A stretch of DNA of 64,000 nucleotides from Deltaproteobacteria bacterium. GTDB taxonomy: Bacteria; Bdellovibrionota; FAC87; UBA2466. The DNA is taken from positions 2,468-66,467 of the forward strand of contig JACPWY010000007.1 of the NCBI GenBank assembly GCA_016196825.1, written 5' to 3'. This document shows, piece after piece, positions 9,654-19,841 of this stretch. The first letter of the stretch is position 1; every line of letters begins with the position of its first letter. The translations under genes were made by a program, and so were the position numbers. Under the pieces are notes generated by a model. The model was not told where the DNA came from. It did not search any database and was given only the letters and a program-made list of their open reading frames with translations.

Positions 9654-11058
9654 GAAAGCCCTTTTCTAACAACTTCGGAAAACCGCCCTCCAGGGTTCTG
9701 GGTATGGGAACAATTACGAACTCTATCTTTTGTTCCTGGAGGTAACGAACAAGGTCTGTGGCGCCCACACACGGAAGATATTTCCACCGCCCTCGGGCCT
9801 GGACTGCGCTGACGAAGTTTTCAGTCGTGGCGACGCGGTGGTTGGGGCCGTGGCGACGGTAGAGCTCTTCTCCGGCTGACGTGAGCGGGCGCGGACTTTT
9901 GAGGTGGCCCATTGCAAGTGTGGTCGCAAGAATGGCGATGTTGCCGAGCGCGCAGAGCGCGACGACTCCTTTTCTGAAAGAAGCGGTGGGCGAGTCGAGG
10001 GCGCGGCCGAGGCAAACGTAATAGAAGGGAAGGGCCGGGAGATAGTAGCGGGGGACATAGGTTGAGAGAACCATTCCCATCGTGGTGATAACCGCCCAGG
10101 AAAAGAGGGTGGAGATCCCCTTTTCTCGTCGACAGCGCAAGAGTCCGATGCCGGCCACCGCCAGAACGGGTGGCGAGACCGCCTTGAGCCAGCCGAAGAG
10201 ATAACGGCCTAGCGTGAGCCACCGGAATTTGAAGACGAGCGCCTGCGGGAGCGCGGGATCGGGCGGGAGCGGCCCTTCGAGTTGGTTGAGATCACCGAGG
10301 ACCGTGTGGTGGCCGTCGTAGAGATGGCACCAGCGATCGGGTGCCTGGTGGAGCCATTCGAGGCCGAGGTAGAAATGGTTGAGCGCGAAGGACGGCGAGG
10401 GGGCGAGAACGCCGATGCGCGAGCGAAAGTAGAGGCTGAGAATGAGGATGGTGAGAAGGGTGGGAAAGGTGGTGGCGATGCGGGTTTTCGGCCTGGCGGC
10501 AATCCACGGAAGCCAGCGGGAGAGAATGTAGAGTGCAGCGATGAGCCCTGGGAGTCGGCACAGGATGAGGAGCGGGAGCAGAAAGGCGTCAAGGAGGGAA
10601 GGAGATCCCTTTTCGAGATTGCGCATGACGACGAGGGTAGCGATGAATAGATAGAGTGTGTCGGCCCCGAGGGTGGTGGCCTGCTGAACGACGAGAGGGT
10701 CGACGGCCAAAAGGAGTGCGACGGCGGTGGCGGTCGTGACGGACGAGGTTCGTTTTATGTGATGGAAGAGGAGCGCGATCGTGCCGAGGGCGCTCATCAT
10801 GTTGACGAGGAGAATGGCTTGAGTGGGGCTGAATCCGAGAACGGTCGGAAGGGCTGCGAACCAGCTGATAAGCGGCATCCAGAGCGACCCGATAGCAGCG
10901 GCTATCTCACCGGTTGCGACGCGCTGGGTGGCCTGTGCATAGAAGACGCTGTCGAAGGTGAGACTCCATAGGTGACTCCCTCCGAATAGGCGCAGTGCGC
11001 AGGCAAATGTGAAGACGCCGAGCGGTAGAAGCAGGACGGGGATTCTCGATGACGGCAT
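9583..11058 (-). CDS. Polytopic membrane protein, probable GT-C-fold glycosyltransferase (ArnT/PMT-like)
   Basis: At least 10 predicted TM helices. The first loop carries ...LWSLTFDSVFYAQAT..., which resembles the D-x-x-(F/Y)-A loop of ArnT/PMT. The call is weak. Confidence 0.45.
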   Translation of the reverse strand: MPSSRIPVLLLPLGVFTFACALRLFGGSHLWSLTFDSVFYAQATQRVATGEIAAAIGSLWMPLISWFAALPTVLGFSPTQAILLVNMMSALGTIALLFHHIKRTSSVTTATAVALLLAVDPLVVQQATTLGADTLYLFIATLVVMRNLEKGSPSLLDAFLLPLLILCRLPGLIAALYILSRWLPWIAARPKTRIATTFPTLLTILILSLYFRSRIGVLAPSPSFALNHFYLGLEWLHQAPDRWCHLYDGHHTVLGDLNQLEGPLPPDPALPQALVFKFRWLTLGRYLFGWLKAVSPPVLAVAGIGLLRCRREKGISTLFSWAVITTMGMVLSTYVPRYYLPALPFYYVCLGRALDSPTASFRKGVVALCALGNIAILATTLAMGHLKSPRPLTSAGEELYRRHGPNHRVATTENFVSAVQARGRWKYLPCVGATDLVRYLQEQKIEFVIVPIPRTLEGGFPKLLEKGFLRNEGLFEREMIFRVQGALAPMH

Positions 11059-11076
11059 TCGAGTCGGATCTTACCA

Positions 11077-13200
11077 TTGATGATCATGGAATCGTTGGGC
11101 CGGATCGGATGGGGGTTGGCGGCCACCGCGCTTGTTATTTGCGCAGTAGTGCCGTTTGTTTCCCAGAGTTCGGATATGGTGGGCTATCCGCTTTGGGCTA
11201 GCTTCAACATTAATCGACTGTTCTTCACCGCGTATGCGGCAATGCTTCTGCCGCCGATTTTCTTCGTATGTTTCGGGGGAAGGTGCGAGGGGGCGGGCCG
11301 ACTCTTTCAGGGGAGTGGCGGCGGACGGTTGTCCCTGGGTTGGATCTGGGTGGGGGGAGTGATCACTGCAGTGGTGCACGCATCGCTGCCGCTCGATCCA
11401 CTCTCGATCCATCGCGACTTTCACCATCCGGGTGAGATGCTGGTGCCAGCGTTGACATTGTGGCAGGGGGGCGTTCCCTGGCGCGATGTGATGCTCCACC
11501 AGGGGCTGCTAGCGGGCCCGCTGCGGGCTATTGTAGGCTGGTTTTTCGTCGAAAAATCCTACTGGGGGGCGGTCGCGGGCGAAAGGTTGTTTCTGATTCC
11601 GCTCGCGATGGTGTTGGCCTATGCCTGGCGGGTGAGGCTCTTTCGGGGGAGTCCGGGATTCGTGGTCTTTGCGACCTTCATTCTGCCGATTCTTTGGCCG
11701 CAGCTGTTCGGGCGGCGAGTGGCCTATTTTGAAAGAATGATCCTCTATCCGCTCTATCTGTTGGTGGTGATGGAGGCATTCGTGAAGGGGCGATGGGTTT
11801 GGATGGGTACGGCGGGTGTCTTGATGGCATCGATGGTGTTTCTCACACCGGAGATGGCCATTCTGGCGTTGGCTTCGCTCGTGATTCTCTCCGCGCGGTG
11901 GTTTTTCGGAAAACGCGGCGAGGTATTGCCGTGGATCTGTGGATTCCTACTGCTGGTGATGGGAGTGATGGGGTGGCTCGCGAGGCATGGGGCTATGGCC
12001 GCTTTTGGGGACTATTGGCACTACTTTCTATCCGGTTATCGGTTCATCTACGGAATGCCGCTGCACCCAAAAGGGATTCCCCTCTTTTGGTTTCTGGTTG
12101 TCGTGCCGGGCGCGATCTTTTTCTTATCGTTGGTGCATCTGATTCACTGCTGGCGAAAAAGGGTTGAGCCGACGCCCGTTGCCTGGGGGCTGGCCTTGGT
12201 GGCGGTTTTCTCGGTGCTCTATTTTCAGAAGTTTTTGTGTGAGGCCGACGACCACATCTATGCGGTAGTCTTTGTGACACTGCCGTATCTGGAGTGGTTA
12301 ATTTTTGAAGTGGTCAGGCGATTGCCGGTGAGAGTTTCAGTTCGGTCGCTGAGGTTGGGAATGGTTGGGTTGGCGGCTGCCTTTCTTGTCTGGGCCCATC
12401 CGGAACGAATCGATCGGTTTGGGAAGAGGTTTCAAAATCACGGAGGGCGGGAGCTTGTCGCGTCGCGAGAGGAGCAGGCTGTTATCGACGATTTTCGGCG
12501 CCTCTTTGGGCGTGTTTTGGCGCCCGATGAGCCCGTGCTGGATCTCACCAATTCGAGCCTGCTTTTTCACTCCATTTTGGGTCGTCCGTTTGTGGGGAGG
12601 TTTTTTCAGACAATTACACTGGCTTCGCCAGCGGGGCAGCGAGATCTGATCTCCGCCGTGGAACGGGTGAAGCCCAAGATCGTGATTTTTGACCGCGCCT
12701 TTGGATTTGATGTTTCACACCCGGTGCCGATTCCTGTGAGGTTTCACCATGTGTCGAGCTGGCTTCTGAGGAATGGTTACTTGCCGTGGGTGAATCTGGA
12801 TGGGTACGCGCTTTTGCGACGGGCAGACTGGATGCCTCGAGGGATTTCAACGAAAGATTTCGTGGGGCTCACCGAGTCCGCGCCACCTCGGGAATGTGAT
12901 TGGGGGGCGGTGCCGAGTGCCTGGCTTGGGCGGGCGGCGCCAGAGGGTGATTATCTGGAGATAGATTTGGAGGGGGCGGTGTCCGATCACTGGATCGTGC
13001 GGGCGACAGGGGAGAAAAATCCTGTCCGAGGGATCCATTTCCGCACGTTGGATGGCCCAGGGGGTGTGTACCGAGTGCCTTTGTCGAACTGTCTTCAGTG
13101 GGCGCTATTGCGGGGGCAGCCTGTGGAGGTGAAGCACGACCGACCGCAGAACTTAAGATCGCTCAAGTTTGTATCTCAAATCCCACGCGAACTGTCTTAA
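11077..13200 (+). CDS. Large integral membrane protein with about 300-aa C-terminal soluble domain, unknown function (possibly GT-C-like)
   Basis: 707 aa. About 12 hydrophobic helices followed by a soluble C-domain. No known catalytic motif recognised. Confidence 0.45.
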   Translation: MMIMESLGRIGWGLAATALVICAVVPFVSQSSDMVGYPLWASFNINRLFFTAYAAMLLPPIFFVCFGGRCEGAGRLFQGSGGGRLSLGWIWVGGVITAVVHASLPLDPLSIHRDFHHPGEMLVPALTLWQGGVPWRDVMLHQGLLAGPLRAIVGWFFVEKSYWGAVAGERLFLIPLAMVLAYAWRVRLFRGSPGFVVFATFILPILWPQLFGRRVAYFERMILYPLYLLVVMEAFVKGRWVWMGTAGVLMASMVFLTPEMAILALASLVILSARWFFGKRGEVLPWICGFLLLVMGVMGWLARHGAMAAFGDYWHYFLSGYRFIYGMPLHPKGIPLFWFLVVVPGAIFFLSLVHLIHCWRKRVEPTPVAWGLALVAVFSVLYFQKFLCEADDHIYAVVFVTLPYLEWLIFEVVRRLPVRVSVRSLRLGMVGLAAAFLVWAHPERIDRFGKRFQNHGGRELVASREEQAVIDDFRRLFGRVLAPDEPVLDLTNSSLLFHSILGRPFVGRFFQTITLASPAGQRDLISAVERVKPKIVIFDRAFGFDVSHPVPIPVRFHHVSSWLLRNGYLPWVNLDGYALLRRADWMPRGISTKDFVGLTESAPPRECDWGAVPSAWLGRAAPEGDYLEIDLEGAVSDHWIVRATGEKNPVRGIHFRTLDGPGGVYRVPLSNCLQWALLRGQPVEVKHDRPQNLRSLKFVSQIPRELS

Positions 13201-13246
13201 TTGGCGGGCTCGCCTAGGGAAAGAGGCCCGGGTATAGTCAGCGCCG

Positions 13247-14605
13247 ATGGCGACGAGGATTCAGACATCGCAGGTTGTGGTTTGGATCCTTTTGCTCGCC
13301 GTGGTGGCTGTGGGCTTAAGGAACTTTGAGCGGGGGATGAGCAGCGATGCCCCCCTGTATGCGAGCATCGCGCGTAATATTGTCCAGAGTCACAACTGGT
13401 TGGATCTTGAAAGTGGGATCGGTGATTTCCATCCTTACGTTGAGCACCCGCATCTGGGGTATTGGGTGTTGGCGGCGGTATTCAGTGTGCTGCCGGCTGA
13501 GGATTGGTCGGCGCGGATTCCGGGTTGCTTGTTTTACGTTTTGACGCAGGGGCTCCTCTTCTTTTTCATCCGCAAACGGTTTTCGGAAAAGGCAGCTGTG
13601 TGGACGGTGCTTCTTCTCTGGAGCTGGTCGCGGTACAGCAATTTTTTCTCCAACGTCTATCTGGATCCGGGCTGTGTCTTTTTTGGTTTGTTGGCTGTGG
13701 TGATGATGAATTTTCGGAGACCGGCTCTGTCGGGGCTGGCGCTAGCGTTTTCGATTCTTTACAAAGGCTTGGCCGGAATGGGGTTTGTGCCTGTTTTGGT
13801 GTGGGTGTGTGCGACGCGAGTGAAGGAGAAGAGGGTCAGGGCGGCGGCTAAATTTCTTTTGGCGTTCGCGGCGCCGCATTTTGTTTACTGGCTGGTGTTG
13901 CAACGGAGCCACACGCCGAACTTTTTGGAGCTCTACTGGGAGCGCCAAATGACTCACCGGTTTCTGGAACTCGTGGTCATCACAAAGCTCATCTCTTGGC
14001 GAGGGTGGGGTGAGCTGATGCAGGACACCTACTACTTGCTCCTGCTAGTTCCCTTGGCCTTTTTTCTCTCGAAGAATCGTCGGGGTCTCATCGTGCCGGG
14101 GATTCTTTTGGTTGTTTACTGTCTGCTCTTTGCCAAGAGTAACTTGTCGGGTGAACAGTATTGGTTGGCAGTGATGCCATGGGTGGCGTGGATATTGGCG
14201 GACGGACTCTTCGCGCGGATTCCGTGGGAGCCCGAGCGTGTGCGAAAGGTGACCGGTGCTTTCGCCGTGATCGCGATTTTCTGGGTGCAATACATTCCCT
14301 TCAACATGCACCGCCTTCCGGTGCCGGAGGAGGTGAAGGAAATTCAACGCCGAAGCGGCGGGCCGCTCGTGCTGATGGTGCCTCGCGGAGACATCGAGTT
14401 TCTCCACGCCTCTCGATTGGCCTGGTACGCCAACGTTAAGGTGCTTTACCACCGTGATAAGGAAAAGCCACTGGTCGTCGTCCCAAGCGGCGGTTTGACA
14501 CTGCACGCGACGGAATTTGGGCCAGCGGAGCTCAAGGCCAATGGCCTTTGCCGAGGCCCTCTCTTCAAATACTCCGAGCTCTGGGTTTCTTGCCAGGCCG
14601 GATAA
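13247..14605 (+). CDS. Glycosyltransferase family 39/83-like (ArnT/PMT-type, polyprenyl-phosphate-sugar dependent)
   Basis: ...SSDAPLYASIARNIVQSHNWLDLESGIGDFHPYVEHPHLGYWVLAAVF... parallels E. coli ArnT ...[42 protein letters not shown].... Multi-TM. Confidence 0.65.
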   Translation: MATRIQTSQVVVWILLLAVVAVGLRNFERGMSSDAPLYASIARNIVQSHNWLDLESGIGDFHPYVEHPHLGYWVLAAVFSVLPAEDWSARIPGCLFYVLTQGLLFFFIRKRFSEKAAVWTVLLLWSWSRYSNFFSNVYLDPGCVFFGLLAVVMMNFRRPALSGLALAFSILYKGLAGMGFVPVLVWVCATRVKEKRVRAAAKFLLAFAAPHFVYWLVLQRSHTPNFLELYWERQMTHRFLELVVITKLISWRGWGELMQDTYYLLLLVPLAFFLSKNRRGLIVPGILLVVYCLLFAKSNLSGEQYWLAVMPWVAWILADGLFARIPWEPERVRKVTGAFAVIAIFWVQYIPFNMHRLPVPEEVKEIQRRSGGPLVLMVPRGDIEFLHASRLAWYANVKVLYHRDKEKPLVVVPSGGLTLHATEFGPAELKANGLCRGPLFKYSELWVSCQAG

Positions 14606-14811
14606 GGCATCCCGGCGCGGGCGCCGGGAACCATTTCGAGGCCGACAGCTTTGCGTATCAACGATGTCATTGGCTTCATCGACGCCGACGCGTAGCTTCT
14701 TGACCGGACAGTTAAGGCGCTTTTTTTCTATTTATCGATGAGATATCAGCACATTTCACGTTGACATAGAGTCGCTACTTGCTAAATCTATCGACGATAG
14801 AGAGGTGGTTA

Positions 14812-15756
14812 ATGATTATTTCTCCTGTGATTCTCTCCCTGCATGAGAAGACCCTCGGTGTAGCCAAAGCCTTCAAACGGTCTGAAAGACAGCTCATCGA
14901 TTTGTTAAGTGAGATGGACAGAACTCGGGGATTTGTCGCTATGGGTTATTCCTCGATGAGATCCTATTGTGTGGGCCCCCTGCGCCTCAGCGACTTTCAG
15001 GCCTATTCACTCGTGGGCATTGCGCGAAAAAGCAGAGAATGTCCTAAGATGCTTGAGCTCATTGATCAGGGCTCATTGTCGGTATCTCATGCCACTTTGC
15101 TACTCAAGGCGATTAGTAAGAGTAACCAAGAAGAACTCCTGGGCGTGGCTACTCAGCTCACTAAACGCGGCCTGGAGTTTGAACTCAAGAAGCGTTTTCC
15201 CAGCAAAGGGCGCGAGATCACACGCCCCATCTGTAGCAGCCATTCAGAAGTCACACTTTCTGTGCCAAATGAACTCCTCGCCGCTCTAAAAAATTTGCAA
15301 AATATTTACTCTTCCAAGAGGAAGCGCTGTCTAACGCTGGCCGAAACGCTTCAGATCATGACCGAGGAGTGTACGACTAAACATGATCCCATTTCCCGGG
15401 CAATGAGAAGTGCCGCCAGAAAGAAAAAGACCCAGATATCGTCGCCCGAGAGGCCAGTCGCCACCATCGTGCCACCGATTCATAGGGTGGCGCAGTACAA
15501 GCGCAACCCTATCCACTGGCGACTTCGCTATGAAGTCGTTCTCAGAGACAAGCACCAGTGCACGCACCTTCAACCGGATGACACTCGATGCGAAGAGCGG
15601 CGCTTCCTCCACATTCACCACATCATACCAGTGCACCTGGGTGGGCAGAATGTCCTAGAGAATCTCACCACGCTTTGTTCCAATCATCATAGTTACCTCC
15701 ACTGGGAGGATCGGTGGCGGGTGAAGAGCAGAACTGGGTCGGTGGTTACTTTTTAG
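14812..15756 (+). CDS. HNH endonuclease with N-terminal DUF222-like domain (13E12-repeat-type)
   Basis: C-terminal HNH motif ...HIHHIIPVHLGGQNVLENLTTLCSNHHSYLH. The N-terminal part (GYSSMRSYCVGPLRLSDFQAYSLVGIARKSRECPKMLELIDQGSLSVSHATLLLKAI) matches DUF222 architecture. The ORF is open from 14779. Confidence 0.7.
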   Translation: MIISPVILSLHEKTLGVAKAFKRSERQLIDLLSEMDRTRGFVAMGYSSMRSYCVGPLRLSDFQAYSLVGIARKSRECPKMLELIDQGSLSVSHATLLLKAISKSNQEELLGVATQLTKRGLEFELKKRFPSKGREITRPICSSHSEVTLSVPNELLAALKNLQNIYSSKRKRCLTLAETLQIMTEECTTKHDPISRAMRSAARKKKTQISSPERPVATIVPPIHRVAQYKRNPIHWRLRYEVVLRDKHQCTHLQPDDTRCEERRFLHIHHIIPVHLGGQNVLENLTTLCSNHHSYLHWEDRWRVKSRTGSVVTF

Positions 15757-16149
15757 CTCGTCGCCTAAAGAGTTTCATTCAGCGATGACTTGCTGGGAGC
15801 GATGTCTCTCGGCGAAAGGATGTATAGAATTCATTCATCGTAAGGGTGCAGTTTTTCCTCCTTCCTTTTCTTTGGGTTAGGTGTTGATTCGGCAAGTTAG
15901 CGGTTAGTGATCGCCGGTGAATGAATTCCCAATGGACTAAATCCTGAGCGGTAGGGTTGTATGGGATTTGATTGCAAGGCGTCGTGTGAGTTTCCGTCGA
16001 AGACTCTGGGCGTTGTTGGATGGTTTTTGACGTCGAGACTTTGTTTATGAGGCTCTGACTCAAGCCGTTGTTTCATGTTTTTGGGTGTCCGAGCATTTTT
16101 GGGCGTAGGTGTCCGTTGGTGTGGAGATATTTTTGTTTTTCCGAGGTTG

Positions 16150-17304
16150 CTACGGTGGGGCGATCCCACCAGTGAAGAGTGTTCCGATTTTGCACTGAGG
16201 GCACAGGTCTGGATCGAGCCCTGTGAATTGTCGAAGTAGCGCCTTCCAATCGAGCGGGAGTGTCGTTTGGAGGACTTCTATGATCCCCTGAATCGCCTTT
16301 ACGATTCTGATGTTCTCCTTTTTGAGACGACTTCCGAGTAATCCGAAGTGTCGGATTCGGACATAGCCTTTGGGAAGGATATGGAGCAGGAATCGTCGTA
16401 AAAACACCCGGACATCGAGCACTAGGATCTTCTTCTCTTTCGGATTTTCTCGGTCTCTCACCTTGAAATGGATCTGATTCCCTTCCAGTTTGACGAGCCG
16501 GTAGTTTGAGATGGCTATTCGGTGGGTATATTGCCCCAAATAGTTGATGACCTGCTTGGGACCGTTGAAGGGCTCTTTCGCGTACACCACCCAATCCTTC
16601 GATGCGGCAGTGACGAGGATCTCCTTGAAACTGGGAAAGTGTTTGAGGTGTTCTATCTTCCCCATGAATTTAAGTTTACCGTCGTCAAATGCTCGCTCTA
16701 GGGCCTCGAGCATCTTCCCCCTAAAGACCGTTGAGAGCACTCTGACCGACAAAAAGAAGTCCTTCTTGCAGTGCACCCACGCTGTCTTCTTCTTATTGAG
16801 TCCGCCGGCTGGTACTATGAAATGGATATGGGGGTGATCGACAAGGTTCTGAGCCCAGGTATGGAGCACCCCGATAAATCCTATTTCAGCTCCCAGTTGT
16901 TTCGGGTTTTGGGCGACGTCTTTTAGACTCTCCGACGCAGCCCGAAAAAGAATGTCGTACCCGACATCCTTATTCCGAAGTATGAGCGGATTTAGCTCCG
17001 AGGGAATCGTAAAGACGACGTGGAAATATTGGCAGGGCAGTAGATCTTTTGTCCGCTTATCTATCCACCGAAGCTGGCTCAAGAATTGGCACTTTGGGCA
17101 GTGTCTGTTTCGGCATGAGTTGTAGGAGTTCTTCTGGTACTCGCACTCATCGCACCGGACGCTGTGGCCGCCAAGCTGACTCGTCCGACAAGTTGTGATG
17201 TCACGAATCACCTTCTGATGAGAGTAAGGAAGTTCTCCCAGCTCGTGTCCGAAACGGTGAAAAAGATCCGCGATTTCGATTTCCGGTTTGTAGAAGGTCT
17301 TCAT
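16150..17304 (-). CDS. tnpA: IS91-family (Y2, HUH) transposase
   Basis: N-terminal Zn-binding region CDECEYQKNSYNSCRNRHCPKCQ. An HUH motif HPHIHFIVP. C-terminal Tyr motifs YLGQYTHRIAISNYRL. 384 aa. Confidence 0.85.
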   Translation of the reverse strand: MKTFYKPEIEIADLFHRFGHELGELPYSHQKVIRDITTCRTSQLGGHSVRCDECEYQKNSYNSCRNRHCPKCQFLSQLRWIDKRTKDLLPCQYFHVVFTIPSELNPLILRNKDVGYDILFRAASESLKDVAQNPKQLGAEIGFIGVLHTWAQNLVDHPHIHFIVPAGGLNKKKTAWVHCKKDFFLSVRVLSTVFRGKMLEALERAFDDGKLKFMGKIEHLKHFPSFKEILVTAASKDWVVYAKEPFNGPKQVINYLGQYTHRIAISNYRLVKLEGNQIHFKVRDRENPKEKKILVLDVRVFLRRFLLHILPKGYVRIRHFGLLGSRLKKENIRIVKAIQGIIEVLQTTLPLDWKALLRQFTGLDPDLCPQCKIGTLFTGGIAPP

Positions 17305-18199
17305 TTCGCCACCCCCTGCAGCTCGACTCCCTTGAAATACTCATCAAGAGGGCTTTTGACCGGGATGGTTTTGATGTTTGAGATCTGGAGGTAGCGAATC
17401 GTCGAGCGGATATCCGAATGTCCAAGAAGGAATTGGACGTGGAAGAGGTGTGTCTTTCGCTCGATTAAATGGACGGCAAACGAGTGACGGAGTAGGTGCG
17501 GATAGATTTTTTTTTAATACCCGCAAGTTGCCCGGCTTTCCGCAAAATATATCCAATCGCCGTGTGGGAGAATTTTTTCTTGAGTTCCCCACTATGGCTA
17601 TTTTTCGTCGGCATGAAGAGCCAATCTGATTTAACGGGGTTGTGCACCCGGCACAGCCGCCAATAGGTCCTAAGACACTTTAAAGTGATCGGCGACAAGA
17701 GGGCCTGGCGGTCCTTCCCGCCTTTTCCATCTCGGATATGGATGCACATCCTTTTGCTGTCGATATCCTGGATCTTTAAATTTCTAAGCTCCCTGTGTCT
17801 GATCCCCGATGAGTAGAGCGTCATGATGACAGCCTTCCACATAACCTTGTGGACAGAATCGATCATCGACGCCACTTCTTCCTCACTAAGAACGGCCGGC
17901 ATTTTTCTTGAAGTTTTGACTCGAGGAAGAGCATCCGTGTACCAGTGCCGGCCCAAGACGTACCGGTAAAAGAATCGAATCCCCGATAACTCCTTATTGA
18001 TCGAATTGGGGGCCAGCTCCTTCTCCTTTAACAGATGGAGCTGGTACGCCTTGATATCTTCCACGGCGAGTTTCACCGGAGGTCTTTTGTGAAACTCGAC
18101 GAATTTCTCCATCGAGTCCAGGTATTGAGACTTCGTTCCTTCTTTCAACCCACGCACTTCCATTTCGGCGATCATCCGATCGCGCAGACGCGTAGCCAT
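17302..18199 (-). pseudogene. Tyrosine recombinase/integrase associated with IS91-family elements, interrupted by a frameshift at a T9 homopolymer (about 17505-17513)
   Basis: The annotated ORF 17465-18199 ends ...KKKSIRTYSVTRLPSI*. Moving the frame by deleting two bases of the nine-base run (a single extra base restores it equally) gives ...HLLRHSFAVHLIERKTHLFHVQFLLGHSDIRSTIRYLQISN..., the canonical integrase C-terminus (R, HxxR, Y). That frame ends at a TGA overlapping the transposase ATG (ATGA at 17301-17304). Confidence 0.7.
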
Positions 18200-18549
18200 G
18201 ATGCTTTCTCCTTGTTTTTGATTTTGGGATTATTGGTGAACTACTGAAGGACTACAGACTTCAGGATAAATGGAGTTTAGAGCTTCATGAACGCAATTTT
18301 AATTCTGACGTCGATAAGGCATGGGCAATCGCGTTAAGTTCCATGCCGCCAGGCATTTAGTCCATTGGCCAACATTGCCAAAGGCTACCCCCTCACTTTC
18401 ACGGGTTTTTATTCCGAAAACTCCCTATGCGGCGTTTTCTATTCGTTCCGAAAGGCCTGGCCTCAGCGCTCGCACTATTTCTTCTGCTATATCAAGTGTT
18501 TGCCTAGCCTCCCACCTTTGGTCGCGAATTCAATTTCGGCAGCGCGGCT

Positions 18550-19770
18550 ATGGCTAATGCCGCACGGGCGAGACCCGACAAACCGGGCGAGGCCGAAAGT
18601 GAGGCCGCAAGGGCTTTTTTTGAGGAGGTGAAAAAACGCTGTGGAAACGGGTGTCAATATAAGATCCGTCGGGGCAAGCATGGGGCACGCCAGTATGCGG
18701 TACGATTCCACGACGGTCAGGAGTTTATGATCAACGTCGACCCCGGCGTTGTTGAAGTCATTACGCGCCCCGAAACTCTGTCCGAGATCCAAAGCGAGAA
18801 GAACCTGTCCCGTGTCCAAAAATTCATTTTCGATGTCGCCAAAGATCTCGATCTCAGGACCCGAGGAGAGTTCGCCCACTTCAACTTCGGAATCATGTCG
18901 GCATTCAAAGATGATCCTCGTGGTTTTTTGAAGTTCTTTATCAACTACCACAACTTCGCCGAAATCTCGTCGGGGGCGCTGGGTTCCGATCATCGCAATG
19001 CTCCACTGATCTCCCATCTAGAGCCTGAACAGAGACTCGCGCTCTCCAAGATAGTGGATGACGTCAACGCTGGAATGCTAAAGACCCCTCAGGAGGTCGC
19101 TTCACGAATTCAAATGGAGGTATACACCGCCACCCCTATAGTCAAAAATGGTCCCGAGCACTACCAGGGAATCGGCCTCAAGTACATCGTCGCGGCAGAA
19201 TGGCCAGGCCCCGATCAGCCCGCCGAATTACGGGGAATCGTTCAACCCAAGAATGCTCGAGAGGCCGCGCTCCAGGCGGAGCTGTTCCAACTCCGTATCG
19301 AGTGCGACAAGACGGACCCAGACCCCATTGCATTTATCGACATCCCCAGGCAACCGATGACGTTTCGCAGGCTGGCTAGGGTATTTCGACTTTACCTGGC
19401 GGAAATGGGGGCCGATTGGAATCACTTTAAAGAGCTGCTACCGGCGCACTTGCAAAACCCACGCCACTCATCTATCGATGCGTTCATGGCAGGAAACGTT
19501 CATTGGTCGGTTCCGGGGGACGTGGAAGATGTCCTCTTTTACGCCCCCTACGTCGCCAACTCTTCCTGGGTTAGAAAACGAATGCGCACCTTGCTCAGTT
19601 TCCCCAAAGCACTTTCCTCTGGCGCAACGCCGAGGATTCTCCAGGCAATCAGCCTTGGTCTTGGTTCCAACCCAAATCAGGAGTCAAAGCGAAGGGTGGA
19701 CTCCTTCATTGACTCGATTAACGGAACTGGATGCAGCGGGGTCTTCAACGAATTCGGCACTGGAATTTAA
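18550..19770 (+). CDS. Hypothetical protein, 406 aa, no recognisable domain
   Basis: Long ORF with good coding periodicity and host-like GC. No signal peptide and no motif I can place. Confidence 0.5.
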   Translation: MANAARARPDKPGEAESEAARAFFEEVKKRCGNGCQYKIRRGKHGARQYAVRFHDGQEFMINVDPGVVEVITRPETLSEIQSEKNLSRVQKFIFDVAKDLDLRTRGEFAHFNFGIMSAFKDDPRGFLKFFINYHNFAEISSGALGSDHRNAPLISHLEPEQRLALSKIVDDVNAGMLKTPQEVASRIQMEVYTATPIVKNGPEHYQGIGLKYIVAAEWPGPDQPAELRGIVQPKNAREAALQAELFQLRIECDKTDPDPIAFIDIPRQPMTFRRLARVFRLYLAEMGADWNHFKELLPAHLQNPRHSSIDAFMAGNVHWSVPGDVEDVLFYAPYVANSSWVRKRMRTLLSFPKALSSGATPRILQAISLGLGSNPNQESKRRVDSFIDSINGTGCSGVFNEFGTGI

Positions 19771-19841
19771 CCGCTCGGCGAACTCGCAGTTGTAAAAACA
19801 ATCTCGTCAGCGACCAGAAAAGCGGCGGCATATTCATCGCC

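Larger units (their letters stand above)
15790..18320. mobile_element. IS91-family insertion sequence (tyrosine recombinase plus HUH-Y2 rolling-circle transposase); boundaries approximate
   Basis: Two coupled genes (below). Local GC is visibly lower than the flanks. There are 11-bp inverted repeats, gaattcattca at about 15830-15840 and tgaatgaattc at about 15920-15930, just beyond the 3' end of the transposase gene. I could not define exact ends. Confidence 0.55.

Noticed and set aside
18487-19017. 176-aa minus-strand ORF
   Set aside because: It overlaps the start of the 406-aa plus-strand ORF on the opposite strand. The plus ORF is much longer and has the better codon-position GC pattern.
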